Notes under the pieces: generated by a model
What the model saw: the letters and a program-made list of their open reading frames with translations, nothing else
What the model was told of the DNA's origin: nothing
Database searches by the model: none
Made by a program: the position numbers and the translations under genes
NCBI GenBank assembly: GCA_049320885.1
Contig: JBMORA010000043.1
Location: 25,566-89,565 of the forward strand
DNA: 64,000 bases
Direction: 5' to 3'
Origin: Thermodesulfobacteriota bacterium
GTDB taxonomy: Bacteria; Desulfobacterota; Desulfobacteria; Desulfobacterales; SURF-7
In this document: one piece after another, positions 20,418 to 30,846 of the stretch
Layout: each line of letters opens with the position of its first letter
Numbering within the stretch: position 1 is the stretch's first letter

Positions 20418-23198
20418 TCATCCGGAAGATTCCCTGAACATCCGTCGGAGTTTGCGCAGGAGGTCCTGGACCGAAAACGGCTTTTGAATGAACGCGATGC
20501 CTTCCTCCAGCACCCCGTGGTGAACGATGACGTCATCCGTGTACCCGGACATATAAATGACCTTGATATCCGGGTAGCGGTTCTTGACAAGGGTATGCAA
20601 TTCCTTGCCGTTGCTGTCCTGGAGAACCACATCCGTCAGCAGCAGATCGATGGGCGGGCCCTGGGATATGACTTCCAGGCACTTGCGGCCGCTGTTGACC
20701 GCGATGGTCCCGTATCCGTATTTTTTTAATATGGTTTCGGTAAGCTCCCGCACCGCGTCATTGTCCTCGACAATGAGCACCTGCTCCGTTCCGAAAAAAT
20801 CCTCCTGTTTCGGCGCGGCAGCCGCCGACTGCTCCGGTACGGCTGCGGCGGCGGGAAACCAGATCTGAAACACCGTTCCTTTACCCGGCTCGCTGTGCAC
20901 CTGGATACTGCCGTTATGTTGTTTGACGATGCCGTAGACGGTGGACAAACCCAGACCGGTGCCTTTACCCTGGCCTTTGGTGGTGAAGAAGGGATCGAAA
21001 ATCCGCTCCTTGGTTTTGGCATCCATGCCGTGACCGTTGTCCCGGAAAGTGAGTTCCACGCAACCGTCCGCCGCTCCCACACTACCGGACAGGCCGGCAT
21101 TCATTTCCGGGGAGGACGTGTTCACCTCGATGGTGATCTTGCCCCCATCGGGCATGGCGTCCTGGGCATTGACGGCCAGATTCATCACCACCTGCTCGAT
21201 CTGCCCCGGGTCGGCCAGAATATTGGGGACGCCCCGGGACAGCTTCAGTTCCAAGCGGATATCGTCCCGCAGAATCCGGTCCAGGAGGCTCTCGAATCCC
21301 GCCAGGATCTGGTTGAGGCTGACGGATTTGATCTCCAGGGCCTGCTTGCGGCTGAAGGCCAGCAGCTGCCGCACCATGTCTTTGGCACGATTGCCGGCGT
21401 TGAGAATCTGCTCCACGGCTTTTCTGTCGGGACTGTCCGACGGCATGTTGCCGAGCAGCAATTCACCGTACCCCACCACAGGGGAAAGCATGTTGTTCAG
21501 ATCGTGGGCGACGCCCCCCGCCAACCGGCCGACAGCCTCCATTTTCTGGGCCTGGATATACTGTTCTTCCAGGTTGTCCTTCTCCCTGGCCAGTTTTTCC
21601 TGTTCCGATATATCGATAATGATTCCGCGGAACCCTGCGGGACCGGATTCATCGGTTCGGGCGCTGGAATAAATCAGCACCGGGAATGTACTGCCGTCTT
21701 TACGGATGGCGTTGTATTTATGTCCTATTTTATTGGCATGGCCGTGCAATATCCTGGTCATTGCGGCCATGGCTCTTTCCCTGTCTTCCGGCACGAGCAT
21801 ATCGAGGGCATTCAATCCGTTCCCGATATCCCGGGGGCTGTATCCGAAAACCTCCAGGGCATTGTTATTAACAAAACTCAACCGGCCGTCCAAATCCATC
21901 TCAAACACCGTCTGGGGAAGTAATTCAGCCAGGGCACGGAAGCGTTGTTCGCTGCGGCGCAGGTCGGACTCGAACCGTTTCCGGACGGAAATATCGGTAT
22001 GCGCGCCCACTAGGCTGATGACTTCCCCGCGCTGGTCTTTGACCGCGTAAGCGCGCAGCAGCACAGGCAGCTTCTGGCCGTCTTTCCCGAACATTTCGAC
22101 TTCACCGGCCCAGGGATCGCCGGCCATGATGGTTCGAAAGACCTCCCGCCCGACCTGTTGATCGACATAGAGCGTGGAAGGAGGATCGTCGCCGATTTCT
22201 CCGAAAAGTTCGTCAAAGGCTTTGTTCTGATACCAGTGCTTCCCCTCGGGCGTAGACATGCCGATGGCGTCCGATCCGGCTTCCACGGCGGTTTTGAAAA
22301 GCGCCAGCGTCTCCTCGGAACGCTTGCGCTCGGTGATATTTTCAAACGCCACGCACAGCTGGTTGTCGGACATGGGGAAAGCGACAATTCTAAAGGCGCC
22401 CTGAAGACGTTCGTCTTTGTAAAACAGGTCTTCGGTGTTGAATGTCCGCCCGGTCGTCATCACGGACAGAAAGGCCTCCGTAATACCGCTTTTGCGCGCT
22501 TCGGGCCAGATTTCGTCGAATCCCCTTCCGATCCACTCCTGCCCGCTGATCCCGGTCAATTTCTCGGCAGCCGGATTGGCATGATACAACACCAGCCGGT
22601 CCGGTGGATGATAGTCGTAAATGAAGAGTCCGGAAGGTATCTCCCGGACCACTTGAGCGGCGGCCCGCAAATTTTTCTCGTCACGTTTACGCTCGGTGAT
22701 ATCGAGCGCCGTGAAGGTGACACCTTCGGACCAGTTGTCGGGGTTCAACGGGGTTGAACTGAGCAGCACATTCACGGTTTTACCGTTTTTGTGTTTCCAG
22801 CGGGTTTCCACTGTTCCGGTGCCCGTTGCGGAGATCTGGCGGTATTTTTCCCGACCCACGAATTCATATTCCTCGTCGGAGGGATACAGCATCCGCGCAC
22901 TCCGGCCGATCAATTCCCCCGACGCGAAACCAGTCATTTCACATAACCGGTCATTGGCCTGGGTAATGATTCGGTCAACCACCATCCCGATGCCGATGGG
23001 GGCTGATTTGAAGATGCTGTTGAGGGTGTTCTCCCGTTTTTTCAGGGATTCTATGATGGAGTCGTGCTCCGTGGTCCGGGGATGCCCACCGGCCGATTCC
23101 TGTTCCCTGCCCCCCCCCTTTTCAAATTCGGATTCCAGACGTTGGATTTTGCGTTCCAGGTCTTCGTAGGTGGGTTTGATCATACAGCTGACTCCCAT
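20418..23198 (-). CDS. Multi-PAS hybrid histidine kinase with receiver domain
   Basis: Four PAS-like repeats, GGVAHDLNN, NLAVNAQDA, PFFTTK, GTGLGL, LLLTDVV, FIQKP. Confidence 0.95.
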   Translation of the reverse strand: MGVSCMIKPTYEDLERKIQRLESEFEKGGGREQESAGGHPRTTEHDSIIESLKKRENTLNSIFKSAPIGIGMVVDRIITQANDRLCEMTGFASGELIGRSARMLYPSDEEYEFVGREKYRQISATGTGTVETRWKHKNGKTVNVLLSSTPLNPDNWSEGVTFTALDITERKRDEKNLRAAAQVVREIPSGLFIYDYHPPDRLVLYHANPAAEKLTGISGQEWIGRGFDEIWPEARKSGITEAFLSVMTTGRTFNTEDLFYKDERLQGAFRIVAFPMSDNQLCVAFENITERKRSEETLALFKTAVEAGSDAIGMSTPEGKHWYQNKAFDELFGEIGDDPPSTLYVDQQVGREVFRTIMAGDPWAGEVEMFGKDGQKLPVLLRAYAVKDQRGEVISLVGAHTDISVRKRFESDLRRSEQRFRALAELLPQTVFEMDLDGRLSFVNNNALEVFGYSPRDIGNGLNALDMLVPEDRERAMAAMTRILHGHANKIGHKYNAIRKDGSTFPVLIYSSARTDESGPAGFRGIIIDISEQEKLAREKDNLEEQYIQAQKMEAVGRLAGGVAHDLNNMLSPVVGYGELLLGNMPSDSPDRKAVEQILNAGNRAKDMVRQLLAFSRKQALEIKSVSLNQILAGFESLLDRILRDDIRLELKLSRGVPNILADPGQIEQVVMNLAVNAQDAMPDGGKITIEVNTSSPEMNAGLSGSVGAADGCVELTFRDNGHGMDAKTKERIFDPFFTTKGQGKGTGLGLSTVYGIVKQHNGSIQVHSEPGKGTVFQIWFPAAAAVPEQSAAAAPKQEDFFGTEQVLIVEDNDAVRELTETILKKYGYGTIAVNSGRKCLEVISQGPPIDLLLTDVVLQDSNGKELHTLVKNRYPDIKVIYMSGYTDDVIVHHGVLEEGIAFIQKPFSVQDLLRKLRRMFRESSG

Positions 23199-23318
23199 AA
23201 CAAATTATTGATAATATATTGTTTTTTTCATTCAAACATAAATCAGGGCAGCCCCGAGTGTCAAGCAGTTCGTATCAATATTTTGTTGTGATTCAAACGA
23301 CCGGATGATACGAAGACC

Positions 23319-24329
23319 ATGGGAAGACGAATCGCAAGCCACCGCCGGAAAGGATTCCAATACATGCCCGGTGTCAACATGATCTTGCAGAGGGCCTACA
23401 ACTATACCAGACTATTGGGCACCCTCAACTGAGCCCTGACGACCCTGAAAGGAGTGCAGGATGCACTCCCGGACAAGGACGATACCCTGTTGAAGGCCGT
23501 AACGGGTCTGGAAGGCGGCTGCGTGGCCTCCGGCTCCACCTGCGGAATCGTCACCGGAGGAGCCCTGGGAATCGCCCAGGCATACGCATGCGCCCCGACC
23601 GGCGCGGAATACAATCAAATGGCGGCGCTCCATGCCGCGGGTGAATACGCAAACTGGTTCCGCAATCGCTATGGAACCACCCAATGCGGCGAACGGCATG
23701 GGGTGGATTTTCACACGGTTTACGGCCAGCTGCGCTATTTCCTGTCCATACCCAAAATCCTGAAATGCTTTTCCCAGGCCGGCCATGCCATCAACCACCT
23801 CACGTTCCGAACGCACCGGTCCCCTTCCCCTGCAGAATCCCATTGGCCGTCTTCCGGGAATTCCGGCGACCGTCACTGCGCCAGCGAGGTGCTTCGGAAA
23901 GTCCGCGAGAAAACCGGTGTGGGAAATGATCGCCTGGAAAGCCTGGCCCATGTTTACGACGGCGGCACCGGCCTGACGGGTAACCTCTGCGGCGCCGTCA
24001 TCGGCGGCGTCCTGGCCCTGAATCTGGTGCACGGACTCAATCCGCGGCAAACCGGATACCTGTCGGTCTTCAACCTGTTCCTTGTCGGACACATCAATCT
24101 GCTTACAAAACGTCCATTGAACAAGGCCGACACCTTCTTCATGGGCAAGCAGCTGGTGACCACTTTCCGCAGGAATCTGGGTGCGCTGGAGTGCCGCCGA
24201 ATAACGGATGCGTCGTTCCCGGATTGGAATTCCTTTCAGAATCACCTGCAGGCTTCCGCCGTCTGCAGCCGGGCCATCGAACTATCCGCCGGGCTGGCGT
24301 CGGAGTTCATCGGCAAGCGTCCATCATGA
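23319..24329 (+). CDS. Tandem C-GCAxxG-C-C family redox protein, predicted selenoprotein (UGA 23430-23432)
   Basis: Open frame from 23319 reads LN-UGA-AL into the tracked ORF; domain 2 has HCA at the same place; GG..G.TCGIVTGG and G.LCGAVIGG motifs; start could be 23319, 23364 or 23379. Confidence 0.85.
23451..23469 (+). promoter_or_regulatory. Bacterial SECIS-like hairpin
   Basis: GGAGTGCA-GGA-TGCACTCC starting 18 nt after the UGA. Confidence 0.75.
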
Positions 24330-24344
24330 AGCGCTCAAGCGGGA

Positions 24345-26207
24345 TCAGTGCAAGGGAACGGTGATGATGAACCGGGTTCCGGCTCCCACGGCGCTTTCCG
24401 ACTCGATCCGGCCCTTCAAGGTCCGGCAGACCAGATTGTGCACCACATGCATCCCCAGGCCGATGCCGCCGCGATTCCGTTTGGTGGTGAAAAAAGGGTC
24501 GAACATCCGTTGCAATGTTTTTTCGTCCATTCCCTTGCCGGTGTCCCGGTAGGTATAGAGCAAATGGTCCTTTTTTCTGTCGATTGTGATGGAAATGTTC
24601 CCTTTTTCCAGGTTTTCGAATCCATGGATGAGCGAATTGATGATCAGATTGGTGGTGATCTGGGAAAACGCCCCCGGATAACTGTCGATCATGAGATCCA
24701 CCGGGCAATCGATGGTGATGATGTGATCGGTCCTTTTGTATCTGGGACGCAGGGTGTTCACCGTATCCTCGATGTTGGTCCGGATATTGAAAAGCCGCCT
24801 TTCCTCGACGAGTTGATCCACGGCGACATTTTTAAAGCTGTTGAGCAACATCGCCGCACGTTCCAGGTTGGCGACCACCATGTCGGCGGCTTCCCGGATT
24901 TTACCGGAATATTTTGCGATTTCGGGGGACCGCGGTTGCATGGAGTGTAGCAGCTCGTTGAACTCGCGGGTTTTCTCCGACAAAAAAGAAGCGGACATCA
25001 AACCGACACCCAGCGGTGTGCTGATTTCATGGGCCACACCCGCCACCATGTCCCCCAGGGTCGCCAGTTTTTCCGACCGCAGAAGCTGTTCCACCGTCTG
25101 CTTCCGTTCCGTTATATCCCTGGTGGCGCCGATGATACCCGTTGGTTCGCCGGAAGAATCATAGATGAAATTCGCCTCCACTTCGCACCAGACAGAGAAG
25201 CCGTCCTTATGATACAATTCGATTTCCACCTTTCGGGGCTTGTCGGGTGGTTTCATGCCCCTGCGGTGCGATTCCAGTTCCTCCGCCAGCGCTGTCACGG
25301 TGACGTCCAGGGAAGCCTGCGGCATGATGTCTTTCAGCTGATGATGAATGGCTTCCTCCGCGGTGTATCCCCGGATGCGCAGAACCGAAGGGCTGACATA
25401 GGTGAAATTCATATCCAGATCCATGGTCCAGATATTGTCGGAGACGTTGTCGGCTATAAAGCGATATTTTTTCTCGCTGGTCTTCAGCAATTCTTCGGTC
25501 TGCCGGCGTTCCTCGATCTCGGATTGAATTTTGGCCTTTGAGGTCAAAAGGTTCTCACGCTCTTCCTCCAGCGCGGCGGTGAGGTCCGTCTGTCGTTGAT
25601 GGGTGGATACCAGGCCCTTGACCAGCACGGCCACGGAAATGGAGACCATGGCGTTCAGCAGCAGAAAATTGGCGCCGGCGGCCATCATGGCTTCATTGGT
25701 GCTGAAAAACGGGAAGGAACGTTCCGCCGTTCCCGATCCGATTAACCAGCCGATGAGGGCGAGGGTGAGGGCATTGAGCCCCAATGCCGCGACGGCCGCC
25801 TTGGCTCCCATCAAAACAGCGACCAGGACGGCAAAAGTAAAGAGCCAGGCAGGTCCGCCGCTTAACGGACCCACGGAAACCGTGACCACCACTCCCAGCG
25901 CGTATACCAGCAGCACCACGATTCCGGCCCGCAGAAAATAAGTCAGCCGCCGTGAAACCAGCAGGAAAATTCCCGACATCCAGACCAAGGCATCAAAAAC
26001 CAGCAGCCCCCACATTTTTTCCTTTACCGCCAGTATGGAAACGGGGATGAACACGAAAAGACCGATGAACATTCCAGAGAATACCAGCAAGAACAGGATC
26101 CGGGCGCGCCAATAGGCGAGGTCGGCGTTCCGGATGGCTTGGGGCGACACCATCCGGTTCAGGCAGAACGCTTCCAGGCGCTGAAATCGATGCATCAGGT
26201 TATTCAT
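24345..26207 (-). CDS. Membrane PAS sensor histidine kinase
   Basis: About six TM helices, PAS/PAC, AGVAHEISTP, NSLIHG, DTGKG, PFFTTK, GLG. Confidence 0.93.
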   Translation of the reverse strand: MNNLMHRFQRLEAFCLNRMVSPQAIRNADLAYWRARILFLLVFSGMFIGLFVFIPVSILAVKEKMWGLLVFDALVWMSGIFLLVSRRLTYFLRAGIVVLLVYALGVVVTVSVGPLSGGPAWLFTFAVLVAVLMGAKAAVAALGLNALTLALIGWLIGSGTAERSFPFFSTNEAMMAAGANFLLLNAMVSISVAVLVKGLVSTHQRQTDLTAALEEERENLLTSKAKIQSEIEERRQTEELLKTSEKKYRFIADNVSDNIWTMDLDMNFTYVSPSVLRIRGYTAEEAIHHQLKDIMPQASLDVTVTALAEELESHRRGMKPPDKPRKVEIELYHKDGFSVWCEVEANFIYDSSGEPTGIIGATRDITERKQTVEQLLRSEKLATLGDMVAGVAHEISTPLGVGLMSASFLSEKTREFNELLHSMQPRSPEIAKYSGKIREAADMVVANLERAAMLLNSFKNVAVDQLVEERRLFNIRTNIEDTVNTLRPRYKRTDHIITIDCPVDLMIDSYPGAFSQITTNLIINSLIHGFENLEKGNISITIDRKKDHLLYTYRDTGKGMDEKTLQRMFDPFFTTKRNRGGIGLGMHVVHNLVCRTLKGRIESESAVGAGTRFIITVPLH

Positions 26208-26219
26208 CCGGTTGCCGTC

Positions 26220-27272
26220 TCACTCATCATAAATCTTGAGATCGGGATAGAACTGTCGGGCGCAATCCGGGCATATGCTGTGACTGAACTCCGCTTCCGA
26301 ATGTTTCTGGATATAGGATTCCACCTGGCTCCAGTATCCCTTGTCATCCCGGATTTTTTTGCAGTGGGAGCAAATCGGAAGCATGCCGGACAGTTTTTTC
26401 ACTTCGCCGAGGGCGCGCTGTAACTCACCGATGAGGTTTTCGCGTTCCTGTTCCATCTTCTTCCGCCCGTTCATTTCCGTTGTCAGTTGCTCGTTGGCCT
26501 CCTTGAGGGAAGACGTTCTCTGCTCCACAATCGTCTCCAAATCCTGGCGATGCCGGAGCAGTTGTTCCTCCACCTCTTTTTGACGCGCAAACGCCTGGAA
26601 GAGGTTTTCCCGCATTCGGTTGACGGCATTGACAAGGCCATCCAGTTCGTCCGGATACCGGTTATTCTTATCTTCCGGGAACGGTGTGGCCAGGGAATCA
26701 AACGACAACGCGGCGGCGAAAGTCGTCACCTTCAGTAACCGCCGGATCACAATCCGGTACATCAACAATAAAATCAGCACACAGACCATCAAGATGGTCG
26801 CGGCCTGGGTCGAACCCACCGCCAGAACGGCGGCAATTATTTTCCGGCGCACATAATCCTGACTGCCGGCCACATGCAGTTCACCCAGCCGGAACGGTTT
26901 GCCATTATACGTATGGACGATGGCAAAACGTCGTTCCATCTTTCCATCAGAGGTTTTATTACCCGCCTTGCAGATCACGTCATCCTTTGAATGGATATCC
27001 GCGTAGTCGATGCCGGGAAGGCGGCAGATACCGAGCAGGACAACCTCGATGGTTTCCTTATCACCCACCCACAGGGCCGTCCGGATGATATCCAGATAGT
27101 TCCGCCGAATCTCATCGAATCGCAATTCCAATTTTTGTTTTTCATTATAGTAGGTTATAATCCCGATGATGGAGGTGAGCATAACGATCAAGACCAGTGC
27201 GGCCATCATTACCTTCCAGATCAGGCGTTTTGCAATGGCACTGGTGTGCACCTTCATCCTCTGCTCCGTCAT
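26220..27272 (-). CDS. Membrane sensor with HAMP and C-terminal Cys-rich Zn-ribbon-like domain
   Basis: Two TM, DELDGLVNAVNRM HAMP, coiled coil, LPICSHCKKIRDD...FSHSICPDC. Confidence 0.85.
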   Translation of the reverse strand: MTEQRMKVHTSAIAKRLIWKVMMAALVLIVMLTSIIGIITYYNEKQKLELRFDEIRRNYLDIIRTALWVGDKETIEVVLLGICRLPGIDYADIHSKDDVICKAGNKTSDGKMERRFAIVHTYNGKPFRLGELHVAGSQDYVRRKIIAAVLAVGSTQAATILMVCVLILLLMYRIVIRRLLKVTTFAAALSFDSLATPFPEDKNNRYPDELDGLVNAVNRMRENLFQAFARQKEVEEQLLRHRQDLETIVEQRTSSLKEANEQLTTEMNGRKKMEQERENLIGELQRALGEVKKLSGMLPICSHCKKIRDDKGYWSQVESYIQKHSEAEFSHSICPDCARQFYPDLKIYDE

Positions 27273-28015
27273 TTGTTTACTGTCGATGGATTCCGCAGAT
27301 ACGGTGAGATCATTTCCTGGTACAGCCGATCATAGACGCCGTCCTGTTTTATTTGTTGTAACGTCCGGGCCATTACAGGAGCCAGATCCGCGTGACGTTT
27401 ATGCAGGTAGAGAAAATTGGGTTCCACCGCCAAGGGCGGTTCGACAAACCCCATCCCCTTCAGGTCGAGCTTTTGAATCATGCCATAACCCGCCAGTTGT
27501 GTAATCAAAACAAGATCCACCCGGTCGGCATCCAGCAGCCGGAACAGCTGTTCGGCGTTGTTCACCTTGGTAATGGATTTTGCCGCACTTACCTGGTTGT
27601 CGAAAATCTTCCATCCCCGGATATAGGCGACATTCCAATTCGCAAGGCCTTTCCAGCCATCGATGATCATCTGTTGATTCCGGGTGAAGGCGCCGAAACG
27701 GAAAACCCCGAAAGGTTCCGGAACACAAACGATATTCGGATAGGTCGACGCCAGTCCGGCAATGCGGGGCCCGTCGCCGTCTTCGATTCCCTGATTGACA
27801 TGCATCAAGGATCGCTCAACCGGCGGCGTGTTGCGGCTTACAGAGATCCGGTTCCGCGAACAAACCTCCTCCACCAGCCGGAAGAAAAACGCTTCATACG
27901 GGGAATGAAGGGTGCAATTGATCGTCAAGTGGTTGCGTTCGGTGCCATATCCATATGAAGCGGAAAACAGGCAGATCAAGACCGCCAAAAGAGGAAACCC
28001 TGCTGGTTGTTTCAT
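27269..28015 (-). CDS. Periplasmic substrate-binding protein (family 3-like)
   Basis: Signal peptide, VAYIRGW, LDADRVD, YLHKRH, IKQDG; overlaps downstream sensor gene. Confidence 0.85.
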   Translation of the reverse strand: MKQPAGFPLLAVLICLFSASYGYGTERNHLTINCTLHSPYEAFFFRLVEEVCSRNRISVSRNTPPVERSLMHVNQGIEDGDGPRIAGLASTYPNIVCVPEPFGVFRFGAFTRNQQMIIDGWKGLANWNVAYIRGWKIFDNQVSAAKSITKVNNAEQLFRLLDADRVDLVLITQLAGYGMIQKLDLKGMGFVEPPLAVEPNFLYLHKRHADLAPVMARTLQQIKQDGVYDRLYQEMISPYLRNPSTVNK

Positions 28016-28065
28016 GCGCCCCCCTATATATGTTGTAAATCTATCGTAATTTTAGTGAGAACGCC

Positions 28066-28104
28066 AATAAAAAAACGTTTTTCCCGGATGCCGGGAAAAA
28101 CGTT
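28066..28104 (-). terminator. Intrinsic terminator after the GATase gene
   Basis: 14-bp inverted repeat AACGTTTTTCCCGG/CCGGGAAAAACGTT followed by a T-rich tract on the minus strand. Confidence 0.75.
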
Positions 28105-28150
28105 GGAAGTCGCCGCAACAGACCCGAGCGGAGGGGAGACGGATATGTCC

Positions 28151-28843
28151 CTACCGGCGATTGAAAAAAGATAGAATGTTTTCCATGCAGGCGTTGGTTT
28201 GTCCGATGAGGTGGTAACCGCCGCGGATGGTTTCGGCATCCTGGATATACGGCGCCGGGGCGATCTCTTCGTTGCAGTTTTCCAGCAGTTGCTCGATGCT
28301 CTCTGGTGTGGATTCCAGATGGAATTGAAGCCCCAGGACCTGCTCCTGATAGAGAAAGCCCTGGTGGTCGCAGGCCCGGCTGCGGGCCAGGTGAATCGCC
28401 CCCCGGGGAATCTCGAAGGTATCCCCGTGCCAGTGAAAGGCCTGAAAGGTTGCCGGCAGGATATCGCCCATTGCCGATTGCCGGCCGGTTTCCGTCAACG
28501 TCACCGGGTACCAGCCGATTTCCTTGGTTTTGTTCCGGGAAACACGCGCCCCCATAACCTCGGCGATCAGTTGGGCCCCAAGGCAGATGCCCACCACCTT
28601 CTTGCCCTCGGCGATAACCCGCTCGATAAACCGTTTTTCGGGTTTCAGCCAGGAGTAAACCTCTTCATCGGCGACCCCCATGGGACCGCCCATGACCACC
28701 AGACAATCAAACGCGGATAAATCCGGCAATGGTTCGTTCCGGTACAGGGCGGTTCCGGCAAGCGGGCAATCGTTCGCGGCGGCCCAATGGGCGATACGGG
28801 CGACTCCTTCGAAAGGCACATGCTGCAGATAATGAATTTTCAT
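28151..28843 (-). CDS. Class I glutamine amidotransferase (GMP synthase-like)
   Basis: QHVPFE, MGGPM, GICLGAQ, WHGD, QFHLE. Confidence 0.93.
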   Translation of the reverse strand: MKIHYLQHVPFEGVARIAHWAAANDCPLAGTALYRNEPLPDLSAFDCLVVMGGPMGVADEEVYSWLKPEKRFIERVIAEGKKVVGICLGAQLIAEVMGARVSRNKTKEIGWYPVTLTETGRQSAMGDILPATFQAFHWHGDTFEIPRGAIHLARSRACDHQGFLYQEQVLGLQFHLESTPESIEQLLENCNEEIAPAPYIQDAETIRGGYHLIGQTNACMENILSFFNRR

Positions 28844-28962
28844 GCGGGATCCTTATCACAATTCTTTTTTACTGATCAACGGCAGGTTGTTGACCAGGGA
28901 ATGGCGTTTTTTCAATTCCCCGGTATTCGACGTCATCCTTTGCGCTGGGGAAAAAACATCCC

Positions 28963-30249
28963 TCAGACTTTCTCAAAAGCCTGCGCCAAATCTTCCAGAA
29001 TATCGTCGATATGTTCCATGCCGATGGAAAGACGGACCAGATCCGGCGTCAGGCCGCCCTTCGCCTGTTCCTCAGCGGATAACTGGGAATGGGAAGTGCT
29101 GGCCGGATGAAGGGCCAGGCTCTTGGCGTCCCCCACATTGGCCAGATGGGAGAAAAGCCGCAAACCGTCGATGAATTTTCTTCCCGCCTCTTTCCCGCCC
29201 CGGATACCGAAAACCACCATGGCGCCGCAGCCTCTGGGAAGATACTTGCGGGCCGCGGCATGGGAGGGATCACCGGCAAGGCCTGGATACCGCACCCAGG
29301 AAACCTTCGGATGGTGCAACAGATATTCGGCCGTCCTGGCAGCATTTTCGCAATGCAGGGGCATGCGGACATGCAGGGTTTCCAGGCCCTGGAGAAACAG
29401 CCAGGCATTGTCCGGCGCAATGCAGGCCCCCAGGTTGCGCAGGGGCACCAGCCGCATGCGCAGGATGAAGGCCAGGGGATTCATCTCCCCCAGGTCATGG
29501 GCGAACCGCATCCCGCCGTAACTGGAATCCGGCTCGTTGAACAGGCGGAATTTCGGATCGGTCCAGTCGAAGCGGCCCGCGTCGATCACCGCGCCGCCGA
29601 TGCCCGTGCCGTGACCGCCGATCCATTTGGTCAGGGAGTTCACCACGATGTCGGCGCCGTATTCGATGCTGCGGAGCAGATACGGCGTGGTGAAGGTGCC
29701 GTCCACGACCAGCGGCAGATGATGTTTCCGGGCCACGGCGGACACGCTTTCCAGGTCGACGACCTCCAGGGCGGGGTTGCCGATGGTCTCCACGAAGATC
29801 AGGCGGGTTTGATCCGTGACGGCGGCGGCGAAATTTTCGGCCTTGCGCGGATCCACGAATTTCGTGGTGATGCCGAACTGGGGCAGGATGTTGTGAAACA
29901 TGGTATACGTGCCGCCGTAGAGATTGTTGGCGGAAACGATTTCGTCGCCGGCCGAACAGATGGAGATGACCGCATAGTGGATCGCCGCCGTTCCCGAGGC
30001 CAGGGCCAGGGCCGCCGCGCCGCCCTCCAGGGCCGCCAGCCGCCGTTCGAGCATATCCTGGGTGGGATTCATCAGGCGGGTGTAGATGTTGCCCATCTGC
30101 TTCAGGGAAAACAGGTCCGCGGCATGCCCGGTGTCCCGGAACACATAGGAACTCGTGCGATAGACGGGCGCGGCCCGCGACAGAGTCGTCGGGTCGGGGG
30201 CTTGTCCGGCGTGCAGGCAAAGGGTTTCAAAGCGATAGGATGCGTTCAT
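28963..30249 (-). CDS. metY: O-acetylhomoserine sulfhydrylase (MetY/MET17 family)
   Basis: FETLCLHAG, GNIYTRLMNPT, SLTKWIGGHG, HLANVGDAKSL, RLSIG. Confidence 0.92.
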   Translation of the reverse strand: MNASYRFETLCLHAGQAPDPTTLSRAAPVYRTSSYVFRDTGHAADLFSLKQMGNIYTRLMNPTQDMLERRLAALEGGAAALALASGTAAIHYAVISICSAGDEIVSANNLYGGTYTMFHNILPQFGITTKFVDPRKAENFAAAVTDQTRLIFVETIGNPALEVVDLESVSAVARKHHLPLVVDGTFTTPYLLRSIEYGADIVVNSLTKWIGGHGTGIGGAVIDAGRFDWTDPKFRLFNEPDSSYGGMRFAHDLGEMNPLAFILRMRLVPLRNLGACIAPDNAWLFLQGLETLHVRMPLHCENAARTAEYLLHHPKVSWVRYPGLAGDPSHAAARKYLPRGCGAMVVFGIRGGKEAGRKFIDGLRLFSHLANVGDAKSLALHPASTSHSQLSAEEQAKGGLTPDLVRLSIGMEHIDDILEDLAQAFEKV

Positions 30250-30262
30250 GATCTGTCTCCTT

Positions 30263-30799
30263 TCAGCGCCAGCATTCGGGATATTTCCGGTTCTTGGGGA
30301 TATTGTTGACGATCAGGGCCACTCCAAGCATCAGCAGGGCGCCCAGACCGGTGGGAACGAGGACGTACCAATATCCCAGGGCATGGATGTCCGGCCCGCC
30401 GATGACGGCGATCAGGGCCGTGGCGCCGCCGGGCGGATGCAGGGTGCCGGTCAGGTGCATCACGGCGATGGCCGTGGATACCGAAAGGGCTGCGGCCAGC
30501 CACAGATACTGGTTCAGGTACTGATAAGCAGTGACGCCGATCAGGGCGGACAGAATATGCCCGCCCAGGAGATTCCGCGGCTGGGCCAGGGGGCTGCGGA
30601 TGGCGCCGTAAATCAGGACCGCCGAGGCGCCGAAGGAGCCGATCACCATGACCAGATCCATGGGCCCCAAAAAATGATAATGCAGCCAGGCGACGCTGGA
30701 AATGCCGCAGAAGGAGCCGATCCAGGACCAGAGGATCTCGGAGTTGCTCACCCGGGGCGGACTCTGGGCTCCGCCTTTCATTTTTGCGAAAAAATACAT
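30263..30799 (-). CDS. HPP family membrane protein
   Basis: SFGASAVL, SPLAQPRN, LHPPGGATAL; start MYFFAK with GGAG RBS. Confidence 0.92.
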   Translation of the reverse strand: MYFFAKMKGGAQSPPRVSNSEILWSWIGSFCGISSVAWLHYHFLGPMDLVMVIGSFGASAVLIYGAIRSPLAQPRNLLGGHILSALIGVTAYQYLNQYLWLAAALSVSTAIAVMHLTGTLHPPGGATALIAVIGGPDIHALGYWYVLVPTGLGALLMLGVALIVNNIPKNRKYPECWR

Positions 30800-30846
30800 G
30801 CCGCTCCTTCGCTTCTTCTTCGGTTGTTGAAAACGATTCCGTGTTC

